A stretch of 64,000 nucleotides of DNA. Source: a phage. A program made the translations under genes and the position numbers. Location of the stretch: NCBI GenBank assembly GCA_019338205.1, contig GCA_019338205.1_4761.1; one strand, given 5' to 3'. Of the stretch, positions 17,350 to 25,849 are shown one piece after another (the stretch's first letter is position 1; the number at the start of each line of letters is the position of its first letter). A model generated the notes under the pieces. That model worked only from the letters and a program-made list of their open reading frames with translations, had not been told where the DNA came from and searched no databases.

Positions 17350-17566
17350 CATTTCCCGTTTGCTGGAAGAAGCAGAGTTTGAAACTGACCTTGTGCCGTA
17401 TTTCGCCAAATTATTTTTGAGAGATTGCGGCGTTCCGGTGATTATCGATCCGTGCAATATCAAATCACCGGATCTTGAGGTCTTTACGGGTACAATCTCA
17501 CATAGCTATAATGTATCAGAAGATGAATTTTCTTTAATAATTGATTATATCCCAGAAGGAAAATAA
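17333..17566 (+). CDS. hypothetical protein
   Basis: 77 aa ORF overlapping gp55 stop. Confidence 0.35.
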   Translation: MRLKINISRLLEEAEFETDLVPYFAKLFLRDCGVPVIIDPCNIKSPDLEVFTGTISHSYNVSEDEFSLIIDYIPEGK

Positions 17567-17567
17567 C

Positions 17568-17855
17568 ATGACTTACGATGAACAGCATGACCAGATTGCA
17601 GTGAATGAAGTAGACAAAGTACAAGCAGAACTAGAGGCTAAAGCCGCTAAGAAAGCGGAAAAGATCTTGCGTAAGAACTCGCGAGAGATTGCACGCCTTA
17701 AGCGGTGGGCTGAACAAGCTATCATCGATGATAACCGTGATGCGTATATCTACGCTATCGGAAAGTTACGTGATATCTATAAACAGCCACACACGCCAGA
17801 ACTGCTTTCTGCTATGTGGATTAGTACACGGCAAACGGTATTAAGTATGCTGTAA
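17568..17855 (+). CDS. hypothetical protein
   Basis: 95 aa ORF with AGGAAAATAACATG RBS. Confidence 0.5.
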   Translation: MTYDEQHDQIAVNEVDKVQAELEAKAAKKAEKILRKNSREIARLKRWAEQAIIDDNRDAYIYAIGKLRDIYKQPHTPELLSAMWISTRQTVLSML

Positions 17856-17865
17856 TGGCTTTATA

Positions 17866-17900
17866 AGGGAGACTCCGAAAGGGGTTTCCCTTTTTATTTT
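17866..17900 (+). terminator. probable intrinsic terminator
   Basis: GC-rich imperfect hairpin GGGAGACTCCGAAAGGGGTTTCCC + TTTTTATTTTT. Confidence 0.5.
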
Positions 17901-17945
17901 TCTATGATATAGTGAGAGCATCGAAAACGAAGAGAGGAAGAGACT

Positions 17946-18971
17946 ATGAAAATTTTGCTTTTAGGTGATCTGCATACTGGCATCGGTGGCGATGATCCGT
18001 GGGTGCATGAATATATTTTAGACACGATCAAGAAAGCGGTTGATTATTCTAAAGAAAACGGTATTAAGATATGGATTCAAACAGGGGATTGGTTTGATTG
18101 TCGCAAGGCTATCACACATGAAACCATGAAATTTAACCGTACTAAGGTCATCCCATTACTGGAAGAGGCAGGAATCACCTGTTATATCACGGTCGGGAAT
18201 CATGATATGTTTAAGCGCAATAAGATCCAGCCTAACTCGCCGCGTGAAGTGTTAAGCCAGTATGATTGCATTAAGGTTATTGATAAGCCGGAAACAGTTA
18301 CCTTTGATGGGGTATCATTCGACCTGTTCCCGTGGTTTTGTGATGACAATAAATCCGAGGTTTTAGAGTTTATTCAAAATTCATTCAGCGAATATTGTGT
18401 AGGCCATTGGGAGTTGTCCGGCTACTATTTCTATAAAGGGTTAAAATCCGAAGGTTATAGCGCGGACTTCCTCAAGAAATACCGTGAAGTGTTTTCCGGT
18501 CACTTTCATACTATCAGTGATGGCGGTAACGTAACGTATATAGGTACACCATACACACTAACGGCGGGTGACGAAAACGATCCGCGTGGTTTTTGGGTAT
18601 TCGATACAGATACACACAAAAAGGAGTTTATCCAGAATGACAAAACTTATCATGTGCGTATCACTTACCCGTCAGATGATAAAATCGATGTAGAACGCTT
18701 TAAAGGGCTTAGTGTGCGCCTAATTGCAACGGTCGCTGATAATGGGTTAACTAAGTTAGAAAGCGCGTTAGAGGCCGTTGTACACAAGCTAAAAGTGGTC
18801 CATAAGCTGGAGAGTAGCGCATCACAGGAAACAGGTGTTATTGAAGTTAAAAGCACTATTCAGATGGTCTATGAATATCTGGAAGAACAAAACCTAGAAC
18901 CGGAAGAACTTGCGGCAGTTAAGCGTATCTCTGATGAACTTTTAGCCGAAGTAAATAGCGCAAAAAGTTAG
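17946..18971 (+). CDS. 47: recombination nuclease subunit gp47 (Mre11/SbcD-like)
   Basis: LGDLH, GDWFD, GNHD phosphoesterase motifs; 341 aa. Confidence 0.8.
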   Translation: MKILLLGDLHTGIGGDDPWVHEYILDTIKKAVDYSKENGIKIWIQTGDWFDCRKAITHETMKFNRTKVIPLLEEAGITCYITVGNHDMFKRNKIQPNSPREVLSQYDCIKVIDKPETVTFDGVSFDLFPWFCDDNKSEVLEFIQNSFSEYCVGHWELSGYYFYKGLKSEGYSADFLKKYREVFSGHFHTISDGGNVTYIGTPYTLTAGDENDPRGFWVFDTDTHKKEFIQNDKTYHVRITYPSDDKIDVERFKGLSVRLIATVADNGLTKLESALEAVVHKLKVVHKLESSASQETGVIEVKSTIQMVYEYLEEQNLEPEELAAVKRISDELLAEVNSAKS

Positions 18972-19000
18972 TTGACGCGGGGAGAAATCCCCGTTATACT
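18972..19000 (+). promoter_or_regulatory. sigma70-like promoter with spacer palindrome GCGGGGAGAAATCCCCG
   Basis: TTGACG 18972-18977, 17 bp spacer, TATACT 18995-19000. Confidence 0.55.
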
Positions 19001-19025
19001 CTCTAAAAATTGATGGGAGGTTATT

Positions 19026-19277
19026 ATGATTACTGACACACTGAAAGAATTTAACGCAAGTTTAGAGAAGTTTACTAAGATCCGAGTTTTTGAGGTTGTT
19101 CGGAATGGTCAACATATGCTATCCTTCCGTTCTAATTACGGGATGTGGACACATGATGAAATTCCTTTCGACCGAGACAATATCACTAGACTGGAACTAG
19201 CAACCATCGTATCCCGTAAGGTTGCTGATATTACCCAGAATGTTATTGCTCGTGGGTCTATGGAGTCTGTACGATGA
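19026..19277 (+). CDS. hypothetical protein
   Basis: 83 aa ORF with GGGAGG RBS. Confidence 0.5.
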   Translation: MITDTLKEFNASLEKFTKIRVFEVVRNGQHMLSFRSNYGMWTHDEIPFDRDNITRLELATIVSRKVADITQNVIARGSMESVR

Positions 19278-19591
19278 AAACACTTGCACAAAAAGTAATG
19301 GAATTTAATGCAGCGTTGCCTATGTTTGCTCGCCGTAAGGGGATCTCCGTTGATGTATGGTATTCCAAAGAGCATGAAGAAGTTCGGATGATGCTCGAAA
19401 AGCGACTCACTGACACTACCGTTAAGTGTAAGTTTCGCTCTATTCCTCGCGATGAAATAGAATTTGATGAAAGCTATTACTTTACGCTGCGTCATGTGCT
19501 GAAACAAGCAATGGATGAACTTTTAGAAGACCTGAAACAATATGAGATTGAAGGGGGAACATATTATGAATACGACTATGGTCGCGGCTGA
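19274..19591 (+). CDS. hypothetical protein
   Basis: 105 aa ORF, ATGA overlap coupling. Confidence 0.5.
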   Translation: MKTLAQKVMEFNAALPMFARRKGISVDVWYSKEHEEVRMMLEKRLTDTTVKCKFRSIPRDEIEFDESYYFTLRHVLKQAMDELLEDLKQYEIEGGTYYEYDYGRG

Positions 19592-20138
19592 TCCAGATAA
19601 ATTGGTAATGCAACATTTTATTACGCTGTTGCATAACTACACGATAAAACAATCACATTACAAGAATCCGATTTATGGTTATCTGAAAGCGAATATTTCA
19701 TCTACGTGGGGTCAGCCAGTGGTTAAGCTGTATTATGATGATGGTTATCATCGTTATCTTAAAGTGATACATCCACAAGAATTGATGATCAATATGGATA
19801 TGGGCGTATTTGTAAAAGACAAAGTAGAATCCATTATTAAGAGTGTGGTTGGTGAATATAATCCGATTGTATATGGTGCTTTCGTACAGTGGAAACAATC
19901 CAGCAAGTATTATTTTCCGAATACTCCATTGACGTTAACAGGTTGGATCTCTGTCATGCATAGTGGGGTATTCCTGGAAGCGTCAGAGACAATGTATAAA
20001 GGGTATATTCTCCCACATCGACTGGTGAAGTGTGATTATCGCTTGACTGTAGGTGAATTTCGCGATATTCTGGAACAACAAGCGGAAGACCTGCAAGGTG
20101 AAATTGAAGAATTTTTAGAGGAACATAAACTAAAATGA
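19566..20138 (+). CDS. hypothetical protein
   Basis: 190 aa ORF; GGGGGAA RBS. Confidence 0.5.
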   Translation: MNTTMVAADPDKLVMQHFITLLHNYTIKQSHYKNPIYGYLKANISSTWGQPVVKLYYDDGYHRYLKVIHPQELMINMDMGVFVKDKVESIIKSVVGEYNPIVYGAFVQWKQSSKYYFPNTPLTLTGWISVMHSGVFLEASETMYKGYILPHRLVKCDYRLTVGEFRDILEQQAEDLQGEIEEFLEEHKLK

Positions 20139-20398
20139 TTCTATCGATGACCTACCTTAGACACAGGGTTATAGAAGGTCTTCGCGAATATCTGGCATTG
20201 AATAAAGGGATTTATGTTGATCCCTTTATGACATATGATCCTGCGACACTGGATTATGTGATCATGTTGCCAGATCGCAGAGACACATTAGTTAAAGTGA
20301 AGGCGGCAAGTGTTTACAACATTGATGAAGATGTGTTAGCATTTAATATTATGGAATGTGTGATTGCGGAGTGGATTAATGGCAAAGTTAAATTTTAA
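20135..20398 (+). CDS. hypothetical protein
   Basis: 87 aa ORF, overlap coupling. Confidence 0.45.
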   Translation: MILSMTYLRHRVIEGLREYLALNKGIYVDPFMTYDPATLDYVIMLPDRRDTLVKVKAASVYNIDEDVLAFNIMECVIAEWINGKVKF

Positions 20399-22061
20399 AA
20401 CCTTGCGCTATCAAAATATAATGAGCGTTGGTGCTGAACCTGTAGAGATTCAGCTAGACGGATTCAAAAAGACACTAATCACTGGCGTTAACGGTGCTGG
20501 TAAATCAACAATGATCGAGGCGCTTTGCTTTGTGTTGTTCGGTAAACCGTTTCGTAGTATCAAGAAAGGCCAATTGATTAACAGCGTCAACAAAAAGAAA
20601 CTGTTAGTCGAAGTCTGGTTTGAACTGGACGGGAAAGAGTTTTATATCAAACGTGGTCAAAAGCCGGAAGTATTCGAAGTGCATCGCGACGGTCAAAAGA
20701 TCGACGAGAGCGCAAGCACCAAAGACTTTCAGGAATATTTTGAAGGTATCATAGGCATGAACCTAGCCAGCTTCAAACAGATCGTTGTTTTAGGCACTGC
20801 TGGTTATGTTCCGTTTATGAGTCTTCCGGCAGCGGGTCGCCGTAAACTGGTCGAGGATTTGCTTGATATTGCTACGCTAGGCGAAATGGATAAACTGAAT
20901 AAAGCGTATGTGCGCGAGATTACCCAGAATATCCAAATGCAGGAAATGAAAGCTAATCACGTTCAGCAACAAATCAACACTCATAAAAAGTACATAGAAG
21001 ACGCTAGCAAGGCGAGTGCCGAGAATCTCCAGCGTTTACAGAATATGTATGATAAAGAGGTGGAATCGGCTAAAGCATTTAAAGCCGAAGAAACTCGCTT
21101 GACCGATGAGCTATTGGCTGTTGTTATGCCGGAAGATCCTAGCGCGGCATTGGCTAAAATTAATACGGCTATCGCACAGATTGGTGCGCAGATCCAGAAC
21201 TTTGACCGTGTTATTCATATGCATGAGAAAGGAGGGATCTGTCCTACGTGCACACAACCGATCATTCAGGGTAATGATCAAGCGGTGCGCGAGCAAAAAG
21301 CACAAGCAGAACATAAGCTGTCTCTGATTGACGAGAAGCGCGTAGAATACGCAGAGAAAGCCAATTCTTTCCAGACAGCACAAACTAAGGTCTTGGAAAT
21401 TAAACGCGCTATAGAGTCACAGAGAGCTAATTTAACGGCATCTGTAGGTCGGGCTAAACAGATCCAGAAAGCAATTCAGGAATTACAAAAAGAAAGGGTT
21501 GACAATTCCGAAGAACTTGCTAAACTGGAACACGAACTGGTAGAGATCACTAATGAAAAATCAAAACTAGTTCTTGAAAAATATCACCGTGGATTTGTAA
21601 CAGAAATGTTGAAGGATTCCGGTGTTAAGGCGTCTATCGTCAAGAAATATATTCCATATTTCAATGATCGGATTGCGTATTATCTTGATATCATGGAAGC
21701 GGATTATATCTTTACGCTAGATGAAGAGTTTAACGAAACAATCAAATCACGGGGGCGTGAATCGTTTTCGTATACATCGTTCAGTCAAGGCGAAAAGGCA
21801 CGTATTGACCTTGCGATGCTCTTTACATGGCGTGATGTTGCTGGTAAAGTATCTGGTACTAATATTTCTTTGTTGGTACTCGACGAAATTTATGATGGGG
21901 CTACTGACGTTCAGGGCGTAAAAGCACTTGATTCCATCATTGACAAGTTAGATGATAACGTGTATATTATCAGCCATCGTGACCATAACCCTGATGATTT
22001 TAGCCGTCATCTCAAGATGGTTAAACGTGGGCGATTCACTGAAATGAATGTTAACATTTGA
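20379..22061 (+). CDS. 46: recombination nuclease subunit gp46 (Rad50/SbcC-like ATPase)
   Basis: Walker A GVNGAGKST, long coiled-coil middle, Zn hook-like CPTC, C-terminal LLVLDE Walker B. Confidence 0.8.
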   Translation: MAKLNFKTLRYQNIMSVGAEPVEIQLDGFKKTLITGVNGAGKSTMIEALCFVLFGKPFRSIKKGQLINSVNKKKLLVEVWFELDGKEFYIKRGQKPEVFEVHRDGQKIDESASTKDFQEYFEGIIGMNLASFKQIVVLGTAGYVPFMSLPAAGRRKLVEDLLDIATLGEMDKLNKAYVREITQNIQMQEMKANHVQQQINTHKKYIEDASKASAENLQRLQNMYDKEVESAKAFKAEETRLTDELLAVVMPEDPSAALAKINTAIAQIGAQIQNFDRVIHMHEKGGICPTCTQPIIQGNDQAVREQKAQAEHKLSLIDEKRVEYAEKANSFQTAQTKVLEIKRAIESQRANLTASVGRAKQIQKAIQELQKERVDNSEELAKLEHELVEITNEKSKLVLEKYHRGFVTEMLKDSGVKASIVKKYIPYFNDRIAYYLDIMEADYIFTLDEEFNETIKSRGRESFSYTSFSQGEKARIDLAMLFTWRDVAGKVSGTNISLLVLDEIYDGATDVQGVKALDSIIDKLDDNVYIISHRDHNPDDFSRHLKMVKRGRFTEMNVNI

Positions 22062-22278
22062 CAGAGTAACGCAGCCGGAGTTAGAATTGTATACCTTAAT
22101 CAATCTATATTCCGGTGAAGAATATGTAGTTAGTATGGGGGATATGAAAAACAGCATATACAGCGATGCAGACATAACAAAAATGTTGTCTTGTCGTCAT
22201 CATGAGTTTATGCTGGTCCCCAACTTTGATAAACTCGATTACCCTGATGCTGGGGTTGCAACAAACTTTAGAACGTGA
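22048..22278 (+). CDS. hypothetical protein
   Basis: 76 aa ORF overlapping gp46 stop. Confidence 0.35.
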   Translation: MLTFDRVTQPELELYTLINLYSGEEYVVSMGDMKNSIYSDADITKMLSCRHHEFMLVPNFDKLDYPDAGVATNFRT

Positions 22279-22308
22279 TATACTGATTTTATTTTGGAGA
22301 TTAATATT

Positions 22309-22686
22309 ATGACTACTTCCGCAAACCTGGCTAAAATTACTGTAGCAGACATTCAGAACAAGAAAACCAGTCTCGAATTTGACCGAGCAATGAACAAGAT
22401 CCGTAAAGCGTGGGTACTACAAATGCCGGAAAGCGAGAAAGCTAAAATGAAGGTTATCCCACAGCAAGCACGCTTTGAACTGTACGCGCATATTGATGAT
22501 ATGGTGCAAAAAGAATGGATCGCGGCAATGCGCAAGTATTACGATGATTCAATTGCTAAAGGTGCTAAAACTATTCGAGGTAAAGATATTCTCGAAAAAG
22601 GTTATCAGATTGACACTGATGAACTGCTGATTGAAGCCGCTAGCGTAGTAGTAACTCGTCTGATCGCAATTGCTGATGGGAAGTGA
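22309..22686 (+). CDS. hypothetical protein (RpbA-position)
   Basis: 125 aa ORF between gp46 and gp45, where T4 has rpbA; identity not verified. Confidence 0.45.
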   Translation: MTTSANLAKITVADIQNKKTSLEFDRAMNKIRKAWVLQMPESEKAKMKVIPQQARFELYAHIDDMVQKEWIAAMRKYYDDSIAKGAKTIRGKDILEKGYQIDTDELLIEAASVVVTRLIAIADGK

Positions 22687-22690
22687 TAGA

Positions 22691-23068
22691 ATGAAACGTA
22701 TGAGCTTAAAAGAACAAATGCTATTCATCCTACAAAATAGTAAATTATGTCATATTCCGTTTGACTATATCAAAGATAATGATGTAATGAACTACCGTCA
22801 CAGGATAGAGTGTATTGAGTGGTATTTTGTCCTAGATAAATTTGTTGATGATGTGATTCGTCGTAAACTTGCGTTTGATGTTCGTGGTGATCTGGTATAT
22901 CTCGACGGAAAAAAGACCGCAAAGAATCCTGTTACTGTCTATGCTCTGCAACAATACTTGACAGCTTACATTGGATTGAAGTATACTCACTCATCCGATA
23001 AGGAAGCCGAGAAAAAATTTATCGAAAGAATGCTAAAGATTCAAAATGAGCACGAAGTAAACCCATAA
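22691..23068 (+). CDS. hypothetical protein
   Basis: 125 aa ORF upstream of gp45. Confidence 0.45.
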   Translation: MKRMSLKEQMLFILQNSKLCHIPFDYIKDNDVMNYRHRIECIEWYFVLDKFVDDVIRRKLAFDVRGDLVYLDGKKTAKNPVTVYALQQYLTAYIGLKYTHSSDKEAEKKFIERMLKIQNEHEVNP

Positions 23069-23098
23069 TTAATTGATTAACATGATAAAGGTGATTTG

Positions 23099-23785
23099 AT
23101 GAAACTGACTAAAGAAACCATTGCTACCCTGAAAAACTTTTCCGCTATTAACCCAGGTATCATCCTGAAAAAAGGAAACGTCCTGATCACCAAAAACATG
23201 ACAAACGTTGTATATGGTGAAGCGACTCTGAATCAAGAACTGGAACACGAAATTGGGATCTATGATCTTAACTCTTTCTTGGGTATTCTGAATCTGGTAG
23301 GCGATGAAGCAGATATTACGGTTGATGACCGCACCGGAAACATTCGTGTGTCTAATGATCGTCTGAAAATTAATTATCCTGGTGCTAGTGCTGCCGCCAT
23401 CGTATCACCGAAAGGCCGAGTTACTCCACCTGCAAGCGATGTAGATTACGAACTGAGCAACGACGATCTGAAACAGCTTATGAAAATGAGCAATCAGCTT
23501 AAAGTGGATCGCCTTGAATTTCTTCCGATTGATGGTCGTCTGATGATCAAAGGCTGGGAAGAGATTGACAAAAATAATCCGAATGAGATGTTTTGTCTTG
23601 ATATGGGCGAATATACCGGAACCGCAGACTTCCATTTCTTTATTCGTAAAGATAACATGAAACTGGTTGCTACTGACTTCGGCGATTACAAACTTAGCTT
23701 CACTCGCCGTAAGGCTGTATGGCTGGCAAGTGAAACCGTATCTTATATGATCGCGTGTGACCTTGACTCCAGCTACACCGACTAA
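23099..23785 (+). CDS. 45: sliding clamp gp45
   Basis: N-terminus MKLTKETIATLKNFSAINPGI resembles T4 gp45; 228 aa. Confidence 0.8.
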   Translation: MKLTKETIATLKNFSAINPGIILKKGNVLITKNMTNVVYGEATLNQELEHEIGIYDLNSFLGILNLVGDEADITVDDRTGNIRVSNDRLKINYPGASAAAIVSPKGRVTPPASDVDYELSNDDLKQLMKMSNQLKVDRLEFLPIDGRLMIKGWEEIDKNNPNEMFCLDMGEYTGTADFHFFIRKDNMKLVATDFGDYKLSFTRRKAVWLASETVSYMIACDLDSSYTD

Positions 23786-23796
23786 TATAATGATTG

Positions 23797-23823
23797 TGGG
23801 GAGTGTAAATACTCCCCGTTTTA
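23797..23823 (+). terminator. hairpin GGGGAGTGTAAATACTCCCC, attenuator/terminator-like
   Basis: perfect 7 bp stem followed by GTTTTA; same stem sequence as the promoter-embedded repeats. Confidence 0.4.
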
Positions 23824-23850
23824 ATGATGTAATTTGTGAGAGGTGATTAT

Positions 23851-24825
23851 ATGCTGAGTGTTAATGAAAATGAGTTTCAGTGGGAACAGAAATACCGTCC
23901 GAAATCAATTTCTGAATGTATTCTGCCGGAAGCAGATAAAAAGATCTTCGCGCAGATTGTTAAGCAAGGCCGAATCCCTTCTATGATCCTGCATAGCCCA
24001 TCGCCAGGTACTGGTAAAACAACCGTTGCTAAGGCGCTTTGCGAAGATGTGGGTGTTGATTATCTGTTTGTTAACGGCGCAGATTGTAAGATTGATTTTA
24101 TCCGCGATGAGATTACACGCTTTGCGCAGAGTGTATCACTCGATGAAGAAAAAAGAGAAAAAGGCAAAGTTGTTATTATCGATGAGTATGACCGAGCGGG
24201 GCTAGCTGATGCTCAAAGACACTTGCGTAGTTTCTCTGAGGCATACTCAAACAACGTGACATTCATTATCACAGCAAACGATCTAGAAGGTATTATCCCA
24301 GCGTTACGATCTCGATTTGACCCCATCACGTTTGGATCTCCGACTAAAGATGATCAGCTTCGCATGATGAAAGAAATGATCGTCCGGTGTAAAGCAATTC
24401 TTGATAAAGAAGGTGTACCAGTAGAAGAAATGCGCGTATTAGCGGAATTGGTTAAGCAGAACTTCCCAGACTTCCGGCGCGTAATGAAACTTTTGGACCG
24501 CTACGCTAAACACGGTAAAATTGATGCTGGCGTATTGAGTATGGTTATCGAAAGTAGCAATACCGAAGTAACCGATGTGGTGGAAGCACTTAAAACTAAA
24601 CAGTTTGCTAATGTGCGTAAACTTGCACCACGCTATACCAATACATACGCTCAATTTGTCAAGAAACTTTATAATGAGTTGTATACTCAAGTTAAGCCAG
24701 CTTCTATTATTCGTCTGACCGAGATTATCGGTGAAAATAATCAGATGTTTGCGCACGCGGCTGATAAAGAGATTCACATTGTCTTTTTGTTAATGCAATT
24801 AATGGTTGAATTGGAGTTCGTATAA
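23851..24825 (+). CDS. 44: clamp loader large subunit gp44 (AAA+)
   Basis: EQKYRP, HSPSPGTGKTTVAKALC, IIDEYDR motifs. Confidence 0.85.
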   Translation: MLSVNENEFQWEQKYRPKSISECILPEADKKIFAQIVKQGRIPSMILHSPSPGTGKTTVAKALCEDVGVDYLFVNGADCKIDFIRDEITRFAQSVSLDEEKREKGKVVIIDEYDRAGLADAQRHLRSFSEAYSNNVTFIITANDLEGIIPALRSRFDPITFGSPTKDDQLRMMKEMIVRCKAILDKEGVPVEEMRVLAELVKQNFPDFRRVMKLLDRYAKHGKIDAGVLSMVIESSNTEVTDVVEALKTKQFANVRKLAPRYTNTYAQFVKKLYNELYTQVKPASIIRLTEIIGENNQMFAHAADKEIHIVFLLMQLMVELEFV

Positions 24826-25403
24826 TGTTAGGTCAATTTTTCGGTGAAGATGATACACAATTAAACGAGCATGAAATTGCATGGCGCTCTCGTGATTGGG
24901 AAAAGGTGTCTGAATTAGCGGATACATTCACCGAGAAAACCGACAATGCATTATTTGCTCTGATGGATCATATCACCTTAGATAAACAGCGCGTTAATGT
25001 TGGGAACAATTCTGCATACAATCAGAGATGGATTAATACCGCTCTTTCCCAGCACGCAGATTGTCTATATAGCGCGTATGTGATGAATTTAATCGGTCAT
25101 GGCCTCCCAGATCAAATGCATTTTGATTATCTCTTACAGAGTATTTCTAAGGGGAAACGATACGGTAAATGGGCTAAAATAACAGAAGAATTGGACCAAA
25201 AATTGGTTTTAATGGCAGTGGCGAAAGCATATTGTGTAAATATGGATGACGCCCGGTTTTATCTCGATTTGGCTAATGAAAAGGGATATATGGACAAGTT
25301 ATTGAAGCACATTAAACCGTATGCGACCGATGAACTTTTGGCGGGTGTTACTAAGAATCAGACAGAAAGGAAACGACTTAAAAAGATTATAGAAAGGTGG
25401 TAA
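24825..25403 (+). CDS. 62: clamp loader small subunit gp62
   Basis: 192 aa, ATGA-coupled to gp44, synteny. Confidence 0.65.
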   Translation: MLGQFFGEDDTQLNEHEIAWRSRDWEKVSELADTFTEKTDNALFALMDHITLDKQRVNVGNNSAYNQRWINTALSQHADCLYSAYVMNLIGHGLPDQMHFDYLLQSISKGKRYGKWAKITEELDQKLVLMAVAKAYCVNMDDARFYLDLANEKGYMDKLLKHIKPYATDELLAGVTKNQTERKRLKKIIERW

Positions 25404-25404
25404 A

Positions 25405-25767
25405 ATGATTGAAATTAATTTGATTAGTCCTGAAAACTTCCTTAAAATTAAGGAAACTTTAACCCGCTGCGGCATTGCCAACAATCGTGACAAGACACTG
25501 TATCAGTCTTGTCATATTCTCCAGAAGAAAGGGCGCTATTACATCGTTCATTTCAAGGAGTTGTTGAAATTAGATGGTCGTAGTGTTAAAATGACGTGGG
25601 AAGATGAATTGCGCCGTAATAACATTGCAAAACTTCTTGCGCAGTGGAATCTATGCACCCTGATTGATAGTGATTTTGAAACTACCGAAGTTAATAATTT
25701 CCGTGTACTGTCTTTTAAACAGAAAGAAGAGTGGACGCTGATCGAGAAATATCAGATCGGGCGATAA
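25405..25767 (+). CDS. regA: translational repressor RegA
   Basis: MIEINL.., LYQSCHILQKKGRYYIVHFKE, FRVLSFKQK resemble T4 RegA; synteny between 62 and 43. Confidence 0.8.
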   Translation: MIEINLISPENFLKIKETLTRCGIANNRDKTLYQSCHILQKKGRYYIVHFKELLKLDGRSVKMTWEDELRRNNIAKLLAQWNLCTLIDSDFETTEVNNFRVLSFKQKEEWTLIEKYQIGR

Positions 25768-25788
25768 GATACTGATGGGATAGGGGTA

Positions 25789-25817
25789 TTGACAAACTAA
25801 GTCGATTCCCCTATAAT
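25789..25817 (+). promoter_or_regulatory. sigma70-like promoter upstream of DNA polymerase gene
   Basis: TTGACA 25789-25794, 17 bp spacer, TATAAT 25812-25817; imperfect inverted repeat GGGGTATTGAC/GTCGATTCCCC. Confidence 0.55.
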
Positions 25818-25849
25818 GAGTGTCTTTCGTAAGTGAAGGAGTTTATATT

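Noticed and set aside
16951-17463. 170 aa minus-strand ORF opposite gene 55
   Set aside because: Antisense to the highly conserved gp55 gene; spurious.
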